Shown: in pieces, positions 1-9,051 of the stretch
Layout: each line of letters begins with the position of its first letter
Numbering within the stretch: position 1 is the stretch's first letter
NCBI GenBank assembly: GCA_038231435.1
Contig: JBBRLJ010000051.1
Coordinates: 1 to 32,911 of the forward strand
DNA: 32,911 nucleotides
Source: Planctomycetota bacterium
GTDB lineage: Bacteria > Planctomycetota > UBA11346
Reading direction: 5' to 3'
Notes under the pieces: model-generated
The model's database searches: none
What the model saw: the letters and a program-made list of their open reading frames with translations, nothing else
What the model was told of the DNA's origin: nothing
Translations under genes and position numbers: made by a program

Positions 1-1
1 C

Positions 2-850
2 CATGGTATTGATGGTGTTCTTGAGCTCCAGGATTTCGCCCTTCACCTCGACGGTGATCTTCTTGGTCAGGTCGCCGTTGGCGACCGCCTTGGTTACGTC
101 GGCGATGTTGCGCACCTGGCCGGTGAGGTTGCCGGCCATCGAGTTGACGTTGTCGGTGAGATCCTTCCAGGTTCCCGCCACGCCCTTCACCTCGGCCTGG
201 CCGCCGAGCTTGCCCTCGGTGCCCACTTCACGCGCCACGCGCGAAACTTCCGACGCGAACGAATTCAGCTGGTCGACCATGATGTTCATGGTGTTCTTCA
301 GCTCGAGGATCTCGCCCTTCACGTCGACGGTGATCTTCTTCGAAAGGTCGCCATTGGCGATGGCAGTGGCCACCTCGGCGATGTTGCGCACCTGGCCGGT
401 GAGGTTGTTGGCCATGAAATTCACGTTGTCGGTGAGATCCTTCCAGGTGCCGGCGACGCCGCGCACCACGGCCTGGCCGCCCAGCTTGCCTTCGGTGCCC
501 ACTTCGCGGGCGACGCGCGTCACTTCCGACGCGAAGGAGCTGAGCTGCTCCACCATGGTATTCACGGTGTCCTTGAGCTCGAGGATTTCGCCCTTCACGT
601 CCACCGTGACCTTCTTGGTCAGGTCGCCGTTGGCCACGGCCGTGGTCACGGTGGCGATGTTGCGCACCTGCGACGTGAGGTTCGAGGCCATGAGATTGAC
701 GTTGTCGGTGAGATCCTTCCAGGTGCCGGCCACGCCCTGCACCACCGCTTGGCCTCCGAGCTTGCCCTCGGTGCCCACCTCACGCGCGACACGGGTGACT
801 TCGGACGCGAACGAGCCGAGCTGGTCCACCATGGTGTTCACGGTCACCGC
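2..850 (-). repeat. Intragenic tandem repeat, 276 bp (92 aa) period, about 3 units visible, encoding the poly-HAMP array
   Basis: gttgtcggtgagatccttccagg recurs at about 149, 425 and 701, a spacing of 276 nt. Confidence 0.92.
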
Positions 851-1264
851 GGTGCGCAGGAATTCGCCCTGCAACGGCCGGCCCTCGATGTCGAGCGCCA
901 TGGTCTGCGAGAGATCACCCTTGGCCACGGCGCCGATCACGCGGGCGGTCTCTGAGGTGGGATGCACGAGGTCGTCGATCAGGGTGTTCACCGAGCTGAT
1001 GGCGTCGGCGAAGGATCCGGTCGCCATGCCCACCGCCGCGCGTTGGGAGAGCTTGCCCTCCTTGCCCACCACCACGCTCAGACGATCGAATTCGCGGGCG
1101 ATGTCCTGGTTGATATCCATCACCTGATTGAAGATGTCGGCGATCTTCCCGTCGATGCCTGTCCAATCGATGGGCAGCCGCGAGGCGAAATCTCCGCGCC
1201 TGAGCGCAGTGAGCGCCTCCAGGAGCTTCCTCTTGTCGAAGGTGTCATTGGCGGTCGCGGACAT
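2..1264 (-). CDS. Poly-HAMP sensor protein, N-terminal part; probably a hybrid histidine kinase of the bacterial NIK1/Os-1-like type. Runs off the left edge.
   Basis: Not in the ORF track because its stop lies outside the window. Manual minus-strand translation from ATG at 1264 (preceded by AAGGGGG) gives [31 protein letters not shown]..., then repeats of [91 protein letters not shown]. The kinase part is inferred, not visible. Confidence 0.93.
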   Translation of the reverse strand, partial: MSATANDTFDKRKLLEALTALRRGDFASRLPIDWTGIDGKIADIFNQVMDINQDIAREFDRLSVVVGKEGKLSQRAAVGMATGSFADAISSVNTLIDDLVHPTSETARVIGAVAKGDLSQTMALDIEGRPLQGEFLRTAVTVNTMVDQLGSFASEVTRVAREVGTEGKLGGQAVVQGVAGTWKDLTDNVNLMASNLTSQVRNIATVTTAVANGDLTKKVTVDVKGEILELKDTVNTMVEQLSSFASEVTRVAREVGTEGKLGGQAVVRGVAGTWKDLTDNVNFMANNLTGQVRNIAEVATAIANGDLSKKITVDVKGEILELKNTMNIMVDQLNSFASEVSRVAREVGTEGKLGGQAEVKGVAGTWKDLTDNVNSMAGNLTGQVRNIADVTKAVANGDLTKKITVEVKGEILELKNTINTM

Positions 1265-1409
1265 GGAACCCCCTTAAACGTCAATTACGACGACGATGTC
1301 GCCCTGGCGCCTGCCCTCAAACGCTAATCACCAAGGTTCCACACGCTATAGCTCTGGTTGAGAATGAGGCTTGCATCGCGTTCGCTGCCACCGAACTACC
1401 TCCTCCGGC

Positions 1410-2774
1410 ATGAGATTTCTCGGCATCGGGGATTGGTGCGATCTCGGCGACATGTACCTGCGCCTGGCGGCCGCGGGGCACGAGGTCCGGGTGCATGTAG
1501 GGGAAGCCATGGCGACCGGCAGCATGACTGGCATGGTCGAGCGGATCGAGGATTGGCGAGAACATCTCGCATGGGTGCGCGAGTCCGGTCCAGACGGTCT
1601 GATCGTGTTCGAGGATGCCAAATCGGGCACGCTCCACGACGATCTGAGGCGTCAGGGTCTCAAGGTTATCGGGGGCAGTGCCCTCGGCGCCCGGCTGGAG
1701 GGCGACCGGGCCTTCGGGCAACGGACGATGCGCGACGTCGGGATGCGCACCGCCGCCACTCACGGCTTCGATGACTATGCCGCCGCCATCGCCTTCATTC
1801 GCGACCATCCCGGCCGTTGGGTCTACAAGTTCGACGGCGACCGTTTCCCCTCGACCCACAACTATGTGGGCGAGCTCGTCGATGGCAGCGACGTCATCGG
1901 CCTGCTCGACCACTACCGGGCATCCTGGCGCTTCGTGGACCAGCCCAGGTTCGTGCTCATGGAGCGTCTCGACGGCGTCGAGGTCGGGGTCGGAGCCTAC
2001 TTCGACGGCAGCCGTTTCCTCGAGGCCGTCTGCCTGGATTGGGAGCACAAACGCTTCTTTCCCGGCGATCTCGGCGAGCTGACCGGCGAGATGGGCACGC
2101 TGGTCACCTACCGCGGCGCGCGGCGGCTGTTCGACGACACCCTCGCGCACATGGCGCCGCTGCTGGCGGCCTCGGGCTACTGCGGATACATCAACCTCAA
2201 CACCATCGTCAACGACGCCGGTGTTTGGCCGCTCGAATTCACCTGCCGGTTCGGATATCCCGGCTTCGCCATCCTCGATGAGCTGCACGAGGATGGCTGG
2301 GATGTCATCCTCGCCCGCCTCGCCGCCGGCTCGGGCCCTGAGATCCGCACGAGGCCGGGTTATGCCGTGGGCGTGGTGCTGACCGTGCCGCCGTTCCCGC
2401 GCCTGCGCAGATCCGCTCTCGGGGAATCGGGCGGTGAGGCGACGGAAGACGGCTTGGCGCTGGGCACCCCGATCTCCTTTCGCGGAGAGCGCGGAGAGCT
2501 CGGAGACGATGAACGCGCGCGCCTCCACTATGCCGAGGTCGCGCGTCATCCGGTCAGCGGCCGGCTGGTCACCAGCGGCGTGCTCGGATACCTGATGGTC
2601 GCCACCGGCAGCGGTCCTGACGCGCGGTCCGCGCAGCGGCAGGCGAACGCGCTGGCCGGAAAGGTCGTGGTGCCGAACCTGCGCTACCGCACCGACATCG
2701 GCGAGCGCTTCATCGCCCGCGACCAGGCCACCCTGCGGCGCCTGGGATATCTGCCCACGGACGACGCGCGATGA
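1410..2774 (+). CDS. PurD (phosphoribosylamine-glycine ligase)-like ATP-grasp enzyme, divergent
   Basis: ATG at 1410 (MRFLGIGDWCDLG). Contains GARS-like segments ARLEGDRAFGQ, VLMERLDGVEV, EHKRFFPGDLGELTGEMG, LEFTCRFGYP and C-terminal YRTDIG. Lacks the canonical GSGGREHA motif. Confidence 0.85.
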   Translation: MRFLGIGDWCDLGDMYLRLAAAGHEVRVHVGEAMATGSMTGMVERIEDWREHLAWVRESGPDGLIVFEDAKSGTLHDDLRRQGLKVIGGSALGARLEGDRAFGQRTMRDVGMRTAATHGFDDYAAAIAFIRDHPGRWVYKFDGDRFPSTHNYVGELVDGSDVIGLLDHYRASWRFVDQPRFVLMERLDGVEVGVGAYFDGSRFLEAVCLDWEHKRFFPGDLGELTGEMGTLVTYRGARRLFDDTLAHMAPLLAASGYCGYINLNTIVNDAGVWPLEFTCRFGYPGFAILDELHEDGWDVILARLAAGSGPEIRTRPGYAVGVVLTVPPFPRLRRSALGESGGEATEDGLALGTPISFRGERGELGDDERARLHYAEVARHPVSGRLVTSGVLGYLMVATGSGPDARSAQRQANALAGKVVVPNLRYRTDIGERFIARDQATLRRLGYLPTDDAR

Positions 2775-3772
2775 CAGCACCCCGTCAAGCCGCCTTCCCT
2801 ACGCTCGCCGACTGGCCGCAGGCGAACCGCATCCTGCGCGCCCACGGCCGCGGTTCGATTCCGCCAGCGATGGCGGCGATGGAGCTGCTGATCGCATGCG
2901 CCGACGTGCCCGTCGCGCTCGCCGCCCTGGCCGAGGCCATCGAACGCGCTTCGGCGGCGCGACGCCCGCGGCTGCTCGCCTTGCGCGCGCTGATCACGCG
3001 CAATCGCGCCGGCTGCGAACGCATCGCCGGCATGGTACGCGCCGAGGTGGATCATTCCCGGCCACTGCCCAGCATCGCGGCCGGGCTCGAGCACTGCCGG
3101 CGCCTGTTCGACTGGTCGGTGCAGCAGAACCCGGAAGCGAGCGTGGCGCTCTATTCACTGACCAATCCGCGCCTGCTCGCCCGCGCCACGCGCGAAGTGG
3201 TGGGCTGGATGAAGGCCCAGGGGCTGCTCGGGCCCGCACGCGACACCCTCGAGATCGGCTGCGGCATCGGGCGCATGCAGGCGGCGCTGGCGCCGCTGGT
3301 ACGCACCGCCCATGGTATCGACCTGTCCGGCAACATGGTCGCTGAAGCGCGTGCGCGCTGCGCGGGTCTCGCGAACGTGCGCATCACGCGCACCGCAGGC
3401 CGCGACTTGTCGCGTTTCGGCGACGCCAGCCTCGATCTGGTCTACGCCGTGGATTCCTTCCCCTACCTGGTCCAATCCGGCATCGCCCTGGTCGAGACCC
3501 ACGTCCACGAGGCGGCACGCGTGCTGCGGCCCGGCGGCGACCTGCTGATCCTGAATTTCTCGTACCGCGCGGATGCCGCGGTGGATCGCGCTACGGTTCG
3601 ATCCATCGCTGCGGATGCTGATCTGCGCGTGCGCCTATGCGGTAAAAAGCCGTTCATTCATTGGGATGCCGAGGCGTTCTGGCTGCGCAAGCCGGCTCGG
3701 TCGGTTGCGCGCTTACGACGCCGACAATCCGATAGACGCGATGGACGCGATGCGCGAAGGGACCGCCGCTGA
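2771..3772 (+). CDS. Class I SAM-dependent methyltransferase with an N-terminal helical extension
   Basis: Motif I LEIGCGIG, then GIDLSGNM, SLDLVYAVDSFPY and RVLRPGG. ATGA overlap with the upstream stop. Confidence 0.88.
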   Translation: MTAPRQAAFPTLADWPQANRILRAHGRGSIPPAMAAMELLIACADVPVALAALAEAIERASAARRPRLLALRALITRNRAGCERIAGMVRAEVDHSRPLPSIAAGLEHCRRLFDWSVQQNPEASVALYSLTNPRLLARATREVVGWMKAQGLLGPARDTLEIGCGIGRMQAALAPLVRTAHGIDLSGNMVAEARARCAGLANVRITRTAGRDLSRFGDASLDLVYAVDSFPYLVQSGIALVETHVHEAARVLRPGGDLLILNFSYRADAAVDRATVRSIAADADLRVRLCGKKPFIHWDAEAFWLRKPARSVARLRRRQSDRRDGRDARRDRR

Positions 3773-3776
3773 GATC

Positions 3777-4871
3777 TCAGGTGGTGGAGCCGCCGCAGCC
3801 GGATCCCTGCCCGGCCGTGCAGCCCAGGCAATGCTTGCCGGTGCGCACCGCGCGCCCGTCCATCAGCTCCTGACGATAGCCGAAGATGGTACGCGAGGTT
3901 TCGGACGGGCTCCTCGCTTCCATCGCGCTCACTGCTTCCGCTGGGCCAGGAGCTCCCGCGGCGAGCGGCGAGACCGGCAGCTCGAGCATCTGGTTGAAAT
4001 CGCAATCGTAGAGCGTGCCGTCCCAGCCGACGGACAGCGTGTTCAGACACATCAGGCCGGGGACCGCAGCGGGATTGAATGCGCAGGAGAGCTTGCGCAG
4101 ATACGCTTCGTCATTGCCGCTGGCGACGAGGTATTCCAGGAAGCGGCTGATCGGCATGTTGGTGAGCTCGATCAGGTTGGTGAACTCGACCTGATGGCGG
4201 TCGCGCAGCAGGATGCGGAACCTGGCCTCGGCCGACGCCTGCGGTGGCGGCAGGAAGGCGCCGACCGGATTGCTCATCAGCGTCAGGGTCAGCCCACTCC
4301 CCGCCTGACCGTAACCGAGCTCGTTCAGGCGCCGAAGCGCGCTGATCGAGCGCGCGAAGACGCCGCCGCCGCGTTGCGCGTCGGTCTGCTCGGCATTCAC
4401 CGCGGGCAGCGAGGCGACAATCGAGACGCGCTGCTCGGCGAGGAATTCCGCCAGATCGCGCTGCGCATCGATGAGCAGCACGGTGAGATTGCAGCGATCG
4501 ATGATCGTCGGCACGCCGATCGCCCGCAGCTCGCGCACGAAGCGCCTGAAATGCACGTTCAGCTCAGGAGCGCCGCCGGTGATGTCGACGATGCTTGGGC
4601 GTATGCGCGCCACCACGTCCAGGCATGCCGCGAAGGTGGGCCACGCCATGTTCGCAGTGGTCTGATGCGGCCCGGCATCGACGTGGCAATGATGGCAGCG
4701 CTGGTTGCAGAGCTTGCCGACGTTGACCTGGAACACCGTGGTGCGCGCCGCCGTGAGCGTCGCGATGCCCGCCCGTTCGAGGTGGGAGGCGAACGCGTCT
4801 ACCGGCATGGCCTCGATCCGCCGACGCTGCTCGGCCACCGGCATGGGTGATGGCGGCGATACCACGCTCAT
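3777..4871 (-). CDS. arsS: ArsS-like radical SAM protein with Cys-rich C-terminus (arsenosugar biosynthesis radical SAM family, DUF3641)
   Basis: QVNVGKLCNQRCHHCHVDAGP (CxxxCxxC), DITGGAPELN, NMPISRF, LMCLNTLSVGWDGTLYDCDFNQML and HCLGCTAGQGSGCGG. Start placed at ATG 4871; exact start uncertain. Confidence 0.88.
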   Translation of the reverse strand: MSVVSPPSPMPVAEQRRRIEAMPVDAFASHLERAGIATLTAARTTVFQVNVGKLCNQRCHHCHVDAGPHQTTANMAWPTFAACLDVVARIRPSIVDITGGAPELNVHFRRFVRELRAIGVPTIIDRCNLTVLLIDAQRDLAEFLAEQRVSIVASLPAVNAEQTDAQRGGGVFARSISALRRLNELGYGQAGSGLTLTLMSNPVGAFLPPPQASAEARFRILLRDRHQVEFTNLIELTNMPISRFLEYLVASGNDEAYLRKLSCAFNPAAVPGLMCLNTLSVGWDGTLYDCDFNQMLELPVSPLAAGAPGPAEAVSAMEARSPSETSRTIFGYRQELMDGRAVRTGKHCLGCTAGQGSGCGGSTT

Positions 4872-4968
4872 CACCGTCTCGATCGCGTCGCGCCGTGGAT
4901 GGCCCTCGTCCCTGGAGGATTCTCGACAGGGAGGCTCTCTTCCGGAAGTCTGGCAGCGCTGTCGCGGC

Positions 4969-5298
4969 TCACATCGACACCTTGTCCGCGTGCTTGCGCA
5001 TCTGCACGCCATGCACCAACGCCGAGCCGCCCTTGATCGCGGCGGCGACATGCACGGCCTCGGTCATCTCGCCCTTGCTGCAGCCACTCTCGAGCGACGC
5101 ACCCGTATAGGCGTCGATGCAGTATGGGCACTGCACGGCGTGGGCGACGGCGAGGGCGATGAGGTTCTTCTCGCGCTTGGTGAGTTCACCCTCGGCGAAG
5201 ACCTTGCCGTACCAGGCGAAGAACGCCTCGGCCAACTCGGGGGCGTCCTTGCCGATGTCCGCGAATTTACCGAGATCCGATGCCTCGTAATAGCTCAT
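4969..5298 (-). CDS. AhpD/carboxymuconolactone decarboxylase family peroxidase-like protein of the ArsS-associated type
   Basis: GGAGG then ATG at 5298. MSYYEASDLGKF...LTKREKNLIALAVAHAVQCPYCIDAY...EAVHVAAAIKGGSALVHGVQM, with CxxC motif. Directly upstream of the arsS-like gene. Confidence 0.9.
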   Translation of the reverse strand: MSYYEASDLGKFADIGKDAPELAEAFFAWYGKVFAEGELTKREKNLIALAVAHAVQCPYCIDAYTGASLESGCSKGEMTEAVHVAAAIKGGSALVHGVQMRKHADKVSM

Positions 5299-5541
5299 AC
5301 AGCCTCCAGGGTGGCCAACCACATCCGGGCTAGCTCGGGTTTCAAGTCACATCCCCTCTGAATGCGACCACGGGTACGATGCATGGAGGGTACGGAACCG
5401 TCGGTGGAGCGGATGAGGTCGGGCCTGGTTGATGCCAGGTCGCCCAGCAGCCGGCGATCCCCGATCCCTACGCTCTCCCAGAGCCCGGACCTCCCCGTGC
5501 CCGGACCAGTGCTGCGAGTAGACTCGGAGCGATGCTGGAAT

Positions 5542-6297
5542 TCAGCGCCAGAAGCAGCGGAATGGCGGCAGCAAGATCAACGGCGGGTGCGGAATGATGA
5601 AATGCCCTGAGCACGCTCCGCCATGCACGCTCAACGCCCACCAACAGGGATGCGGTACGCACACCACCTGGGGCACCCCGACGATCACCGTGGTGCGACG
5701 CTCTGGACGTTCGATGTAGCCATGGGATCCAGCTTCCTCGGGAATTCGCGGCACGACCTCGATGGGCGACGCCGGCTGCAGGACGGTCGCCGGCTGGGCC
5801 TCGGGAACGAAGGTACCGTCGAGCACGCGCGCGAGTGGACCAGGCACGTCCATGGCGTCGCCCCACCACACCACCGTCCCGCGCCGATCGACGATCAGCG
5901 CGCACGGGGCGCCGACCGAGGGAGCGAAGGCCTTGAGCGCGGGAACCACGCCGATGCCATAACCGATCCGTGAACCCATTCCGGTGACGAAGCGGCGGGT
6001 GGCCGCATCGCTCGCATCGGTGAGCCCGATCACGCGCACTTCGGGATGGCGCTTTTGCAGATCGGTCAGACGCGGCATGGTCGCGCGGCATGCCGCGTTG
6101 TCCGGGGACCACAGATCGACCACCGTGACCGCATCGGGAGCAGCCGAGTCCCCAGCACCGGACCGCCCATCGATCCAAGCGACATCGGTGAGTGCCGGCA
6201 ATCGGTCACCGGTCTCCAGCGCCATCGCCTTGCACACAGGCGTGAACGCGGCGACCGCCATTGTCAGACACACCAGGGCGAGCCGTGGGATGCTCAT
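5542..6297 (-). CDS. Exported TlpA/redoxin (thioredoxin-fold) protein with NxxC site and Pro/Cys/His-rich tail
   Basis: Signal-peptide-like N-terminus, then LETGDRLPAL, VTVVDLWSPDNAACRATMPRLTDLQKRH, VRVIGLTD and APCALIVDRRGTVVWWG, all TlpA-like. Confidence 0.78.
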   Translation of the reverse strand: MSIPRLALVCLTMAVAAFTPVCKAMALETGDRLPALTDVAWIDGRSGAGDSAAPDAVTVVDLWSPDNAACRATMPRLTDLQKRHPEVRVIGLTDASDAATRRFVTGMGSRIGYGIGVVPALKAFAPSVGAPCALIVDRRGTVVWWGDAMDVPGPLARVLDGTFVPEAQPATVLQPASPIEVVPRIPEEAGSHGYIERPERRTTVIVGVPQVVCVPHPCWWALSVHGGACSGHFIIPHPPLILLPPFRCFWR

Positions 6298-6392
6298 GAT
6301 ACCAGTATAAGGTGGGCCTCCGCCGCTGCGTTCCATTTTACCGCTTGTTCATAAAGCACGGGTGGACGGCCACTTGTCCAACTCTATGAGCG

Positions 6393-7742
6393 TCATTTGG
6401 TCTGGGCCGCCTTGCTCTGGTTGCTCTCCAGCTTGCGCTCGGCCTGATCATGCGCCTGCTGCTTGGCCGGATCCTTCGGCGCATCGACCGAAGCCGGGCC
6501 CCCCTTGTCCTTGAAACCCGGCATCAGCGCGCGCACGAAGGCGTTCTTGAGCACTCCGGCGACCACGCCCATGAGGTTGGTGCCCGGTTGATCCACCCTG
6601 CCGGTGATGGGGATCTCGGTGGCCAGCCGATCCTTGGGCTGGTTCTGCAGAATCTTTCCGGTGGCGCCGACGATGCCTTCCCAGAACGCCTTCAAGGCCG
6701 TCTCGTGCTTGATGTCCTCCTTGAAGTTCAGCACATCCAGTCCGGTGAACATCGGTTTGACGTAGCCGCTGAGCGCACCGTCCTTGGCGGTGATGTCGGC
6801 GTAGAGATCGAAGGTGCCGCGCTCGACTGTGACCTTGGCATAGGCCTTGGTGAAGTCGTTGATCGCCGGCAGATTGAGATGCTCGAGCGACGCCTTGATC
6901 GCGAAGGTCGGATTGGCGGCGAATGGATCGATGTCGCCGCTGATGGTGAAGTGACCGGCACCGATCGTATCGCCCTTGGCCTTCACGGTCGCCACCATGG
7001 AGTTCTCGGCCGAGATCTTGTCGCTGTTGGTCAGGTTGGTGACCGTGGCCTCGAGCCTGCCGATGTCGATGTCGACGTGCTTCTCCACGTCCTGGAAGCG
7101 CACCTTGCCGTCGATGACGTCGATGTGGTTGACCGCAATCGGCATCATCTTCTTGACCTGGTCTTGCCATGAGACGTCTGGCGGCGCGGTGGCGCCTTGA
7201 TCCGGATCAGGCTTCTTGGCGCCGCCAGTCTGCTGATTCTGCGGATTCTTCGCGGCCGCGAAGTTGACCACTGGATGGCGCAGCACGATCACCCCGACCA
7301 CCGCGCCCTTCATCAGGGCGGCCCATTGCACCGCGAGATCCATCTCGCCGCAGGTCAGGAACGGAGCCAAGTCGGGCGACCCGATCTGGCTGATCATGAT
7401 GTCGTCCACCTGGTAGGCCCCCTTCCACAGATGGATGGTGACATCGCCGACACCTCCCTGGTATCCGGGCATGGCGTTGATGGTGCGATCGATGTACCAG
7501 CGCAGGGCGAAGGGAGCTGCAATGCGCGCCGCCACCAGCAGGACGACGATCGAACCCAGCGTCCACATCAGCCATCGCCGTCTGGCGATGGCGTGCCAGG
7601 CGCCGAGCGGAGCGTGCGCCAACCGGCGCCAGCCCCGGCGCTGGTCCGGCCGCGGACCAGCCGCGGCGACGGGCCGCGGGGCCGGGGATGCGGCAGGAGC
7701 GAGATCTCGGCGCAGCGGGTCCAGACGTTCGGAGATGGCCAT
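6393..7742 (-). CDS. DUF748 (AsmA-like) membrane-anchored protein
   Basis: Single hydrophobic segment (WLMWTLGSIVVLLVAARIAAP), then GDVTIHLWKGAY, LSGYVKPMF, NQPKDRLATEIPITG and VLKNAFVRAL, typical of DUF748 proteins. Confidence 0.8.
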   Translation of the reverse strand: MAISERLDPLRRDLAPAASPAPRPVAAAGPRPDQRRGWRRLAHAPLGAWHAIARRRWLMWTLGSIVVLLVAARIAAPFALRWYIDRTINAMPGYQGGVGDVTIHLWKGAYQVDDIMISQIGSPDLAPFLTCGEMDLAVQWAALMKGAVVGVIVLRHPVVNFAAAKNPQNQQTGGAKKPDPDQGATAPPDVSWQDQVKKMMPIAVNHIDVIDGKVRFQDVEKHVDIDIGRLEATVTNLTNSDKISAENSMVATVKAKGDTIGAGHFTISGDIDPFAANPTFAIKASLEHLNLPAINDFTKAYAKVTVERGTFDLYADITAKDGALSGYVKPMFTGLDVLNFKEDIKHETALKAFWEGIVGATGKILQNQPKDRLATEIPITGRVDQPGTNLMGVVAGVLKNAFVRALMPGFKDKGGPASVDAPKDPAKQQAHDQAERKLESNQSKAAQTK

Positions 7743-7885
7743 TGGTGGCTCCCAGGGATCGGCCAGTACGGCGAGTGAAGAACGCGCATGATACCTCTGT
7801 CAGCTCTGCACGACCAGGGCTATCGGATTGTAAAGGTTGGGCTGTCGAGCCCTTGCCGCCGGTGGCTGGGGACCAAGGTCCGGGC

Positions 7886-8812
7886 GTGGACATCGACGAA
7901 TCGGCGCTGTGCGCCCTGGGCAAGCTGCTGAAGTCCCGGGGCTACCGCTTCACCACGGTGACCCCCGAGACGCATCGCCGGGTGCTGGCGCGCTCGTCGG
8001 GCCGCGGGCGCGACCAAACCGCACTGCGGAGCCTGCGCGACATCTTCGGCTGGAGCATGACGTTCGTCAGTTCGGATCTCGACAGGGAGCTGCTCGCAGC
8101 GCTCGTGGATGCGGGCGCGCTGGAGCAGACCCCCGACGGCCTGCGCAGCCGCGTGCGTTTCTCGAGTCTCGGCGAGCAGCTGTTCGCACATTCCGCCTAC
8201 CCCACGCTTGCCGCCGAATCAGTGTTCTTCGGCCCCGATACCCACCGTTTCGCGTCGCTCCTGGCGAGACACGCGCGACCGTGTCGGCGCGTGGTGGACA
8301 TCGGTTGCGGCAGCGGAGCCGGCGGCGCCAGCATCGCGCACCTCGCGCAGAACGTGGTCCTCGCCGATGTGAGCGCGACGGCTCTGGTCTTCGCCCGCGC
8401 CAACGCCGCGCTGAACTCCTTGGCCAGGGCAGAGGTCGTGATCAGTGACGTGCTCGACCAGATATCGGGCGAGGTGGATCTGGTGGTGGCCAACCCCCCG
8501 TACCTGGTCGACCCCGCCGCCCGGCTGTATCGCGATGGCGGTGGTCCGCACGGCATCGATCTCGCCGTACGCATCGTGCGCGAGTCGATGGCGCGTCTGG
8601 CCCCAGGCGGCCGGCTGGTGCTGTACACGGGGACCCCCGTGGTGCTCGGCGAGGACGTGTTCCGCACCGCAGTGACCGCCTGCCTGCCTGCACAGGCGCA
8701 GATCCTCTACGAGGAGCTGGATCCCGACGTGTTCGGCGAGGAGCTCGATCGCCCGGCCTACGCCCGGGCGGATCGCCTGGCCGTGGTCGGGCTGGTGGCG
8801 ACGCTGCCGTGA
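7886..8812 (+). CDS. HemK/PrmC-like class I SAM methyltransferase (NPPY type)
   Basis: GYRFTTVTPETHRRV, SVFFGPDT, VVDIGCGSGAG, DLVVANPPY, YRDGGG and YEELDPDVFGEEL. Start GTG 7886 is a best guess within the 7688-8812 ORF. Confidence 0.85.
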   Translation: MDIDESALCALGKLLKSRGYRFTTVTPETHRRVLARSSGRGRDQTALRSLRDIFGWSMTFVSSDLDRELLAALVDAGALEQTPDGLRSRVRFSSLGEQLFAHSAYPTLAAESVFFGPDTHRFASLLARHARPCRRVVDIGCGSGAGGASIAHLAQNVVLADVSATALVFARANAALNSLARAEVVISDVLDQISGEVDLVVANPPYLVDPAARLYRDGGGPHGIDLAVRIVRESMARLAPGGRLVLYTGTPVVLGEDVFRTAVTACLPAQAQILYEELDPDVFGEELDRPAYARADRLAVVGLVATLP

Positions 8813-9051
8813 AGTCTTTGGCTCGAGGCGTCGGACCTCGATGTACCTTCGGCGACAGGCATAGCCGGAGCGAGATCCTGCAATCCAAGGATATCACAGA
8901 GAGTCCAGTCCCTGTCTGCCTACAAGTCCACCAGCATGATCCGCCCGCACACCGCCCGCGCGCATGTGCAAGGCTCGGGTCATGGCAGCCGACTGTGCAC
9001 CGGGCCGCGCATACCGTGGCGTACACCGGCTGAACGCCGGTTGGAGGCAGC

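Noticed and set aside
100..850. Regularly spaced repeats as a possible CRISPR array
   Set aside because: The period is 276 bp, the whole unit is conserved and in frame, and there are no unique spacers or cas genes.
3..1127. 374-aa plus-strand ORF with internal repeats
   Set aside because: It is the antisense shadow of the minus-strand poly-HAMP gene; the repeats come from that gene.
1410..2774. Calling this gene purD
   Set aside because: Key PurD motifs are altered and there is no purine-pathway context, so the symbol is withheld.
1317..2780. Long antisense or alternate-frame ORFs (also 3573-4850, 18433-20169, 23341-24597, 24873-26297)
   Set aside because: They have no recognisable motifs and lie opposite well-supported genes, as expected in high-GC DNA.
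2771..3772. Methyltransferase as the ArsM partner of ArsS
   Set aside because: It is convergent with arsS, coupled to the ATP-grasp gene, and lacks a recognisable ArsM GCG-NP and Cys pattern.
3777..3800. Selenocysteine readthrough at the end of arsS
   Set aside because: The relevant residue is already TGC, and the TGA comes after the complete CGG motif.
8809..9051. Possible precursor peptide between the methyltransferase and the diiron oxidase (74-aa ORF 8809-9033)
   Set aside because: The GTGA overlap is suggestive, but the sequence shows no leader/core pattern or recognisable motif, so I cannot support it.
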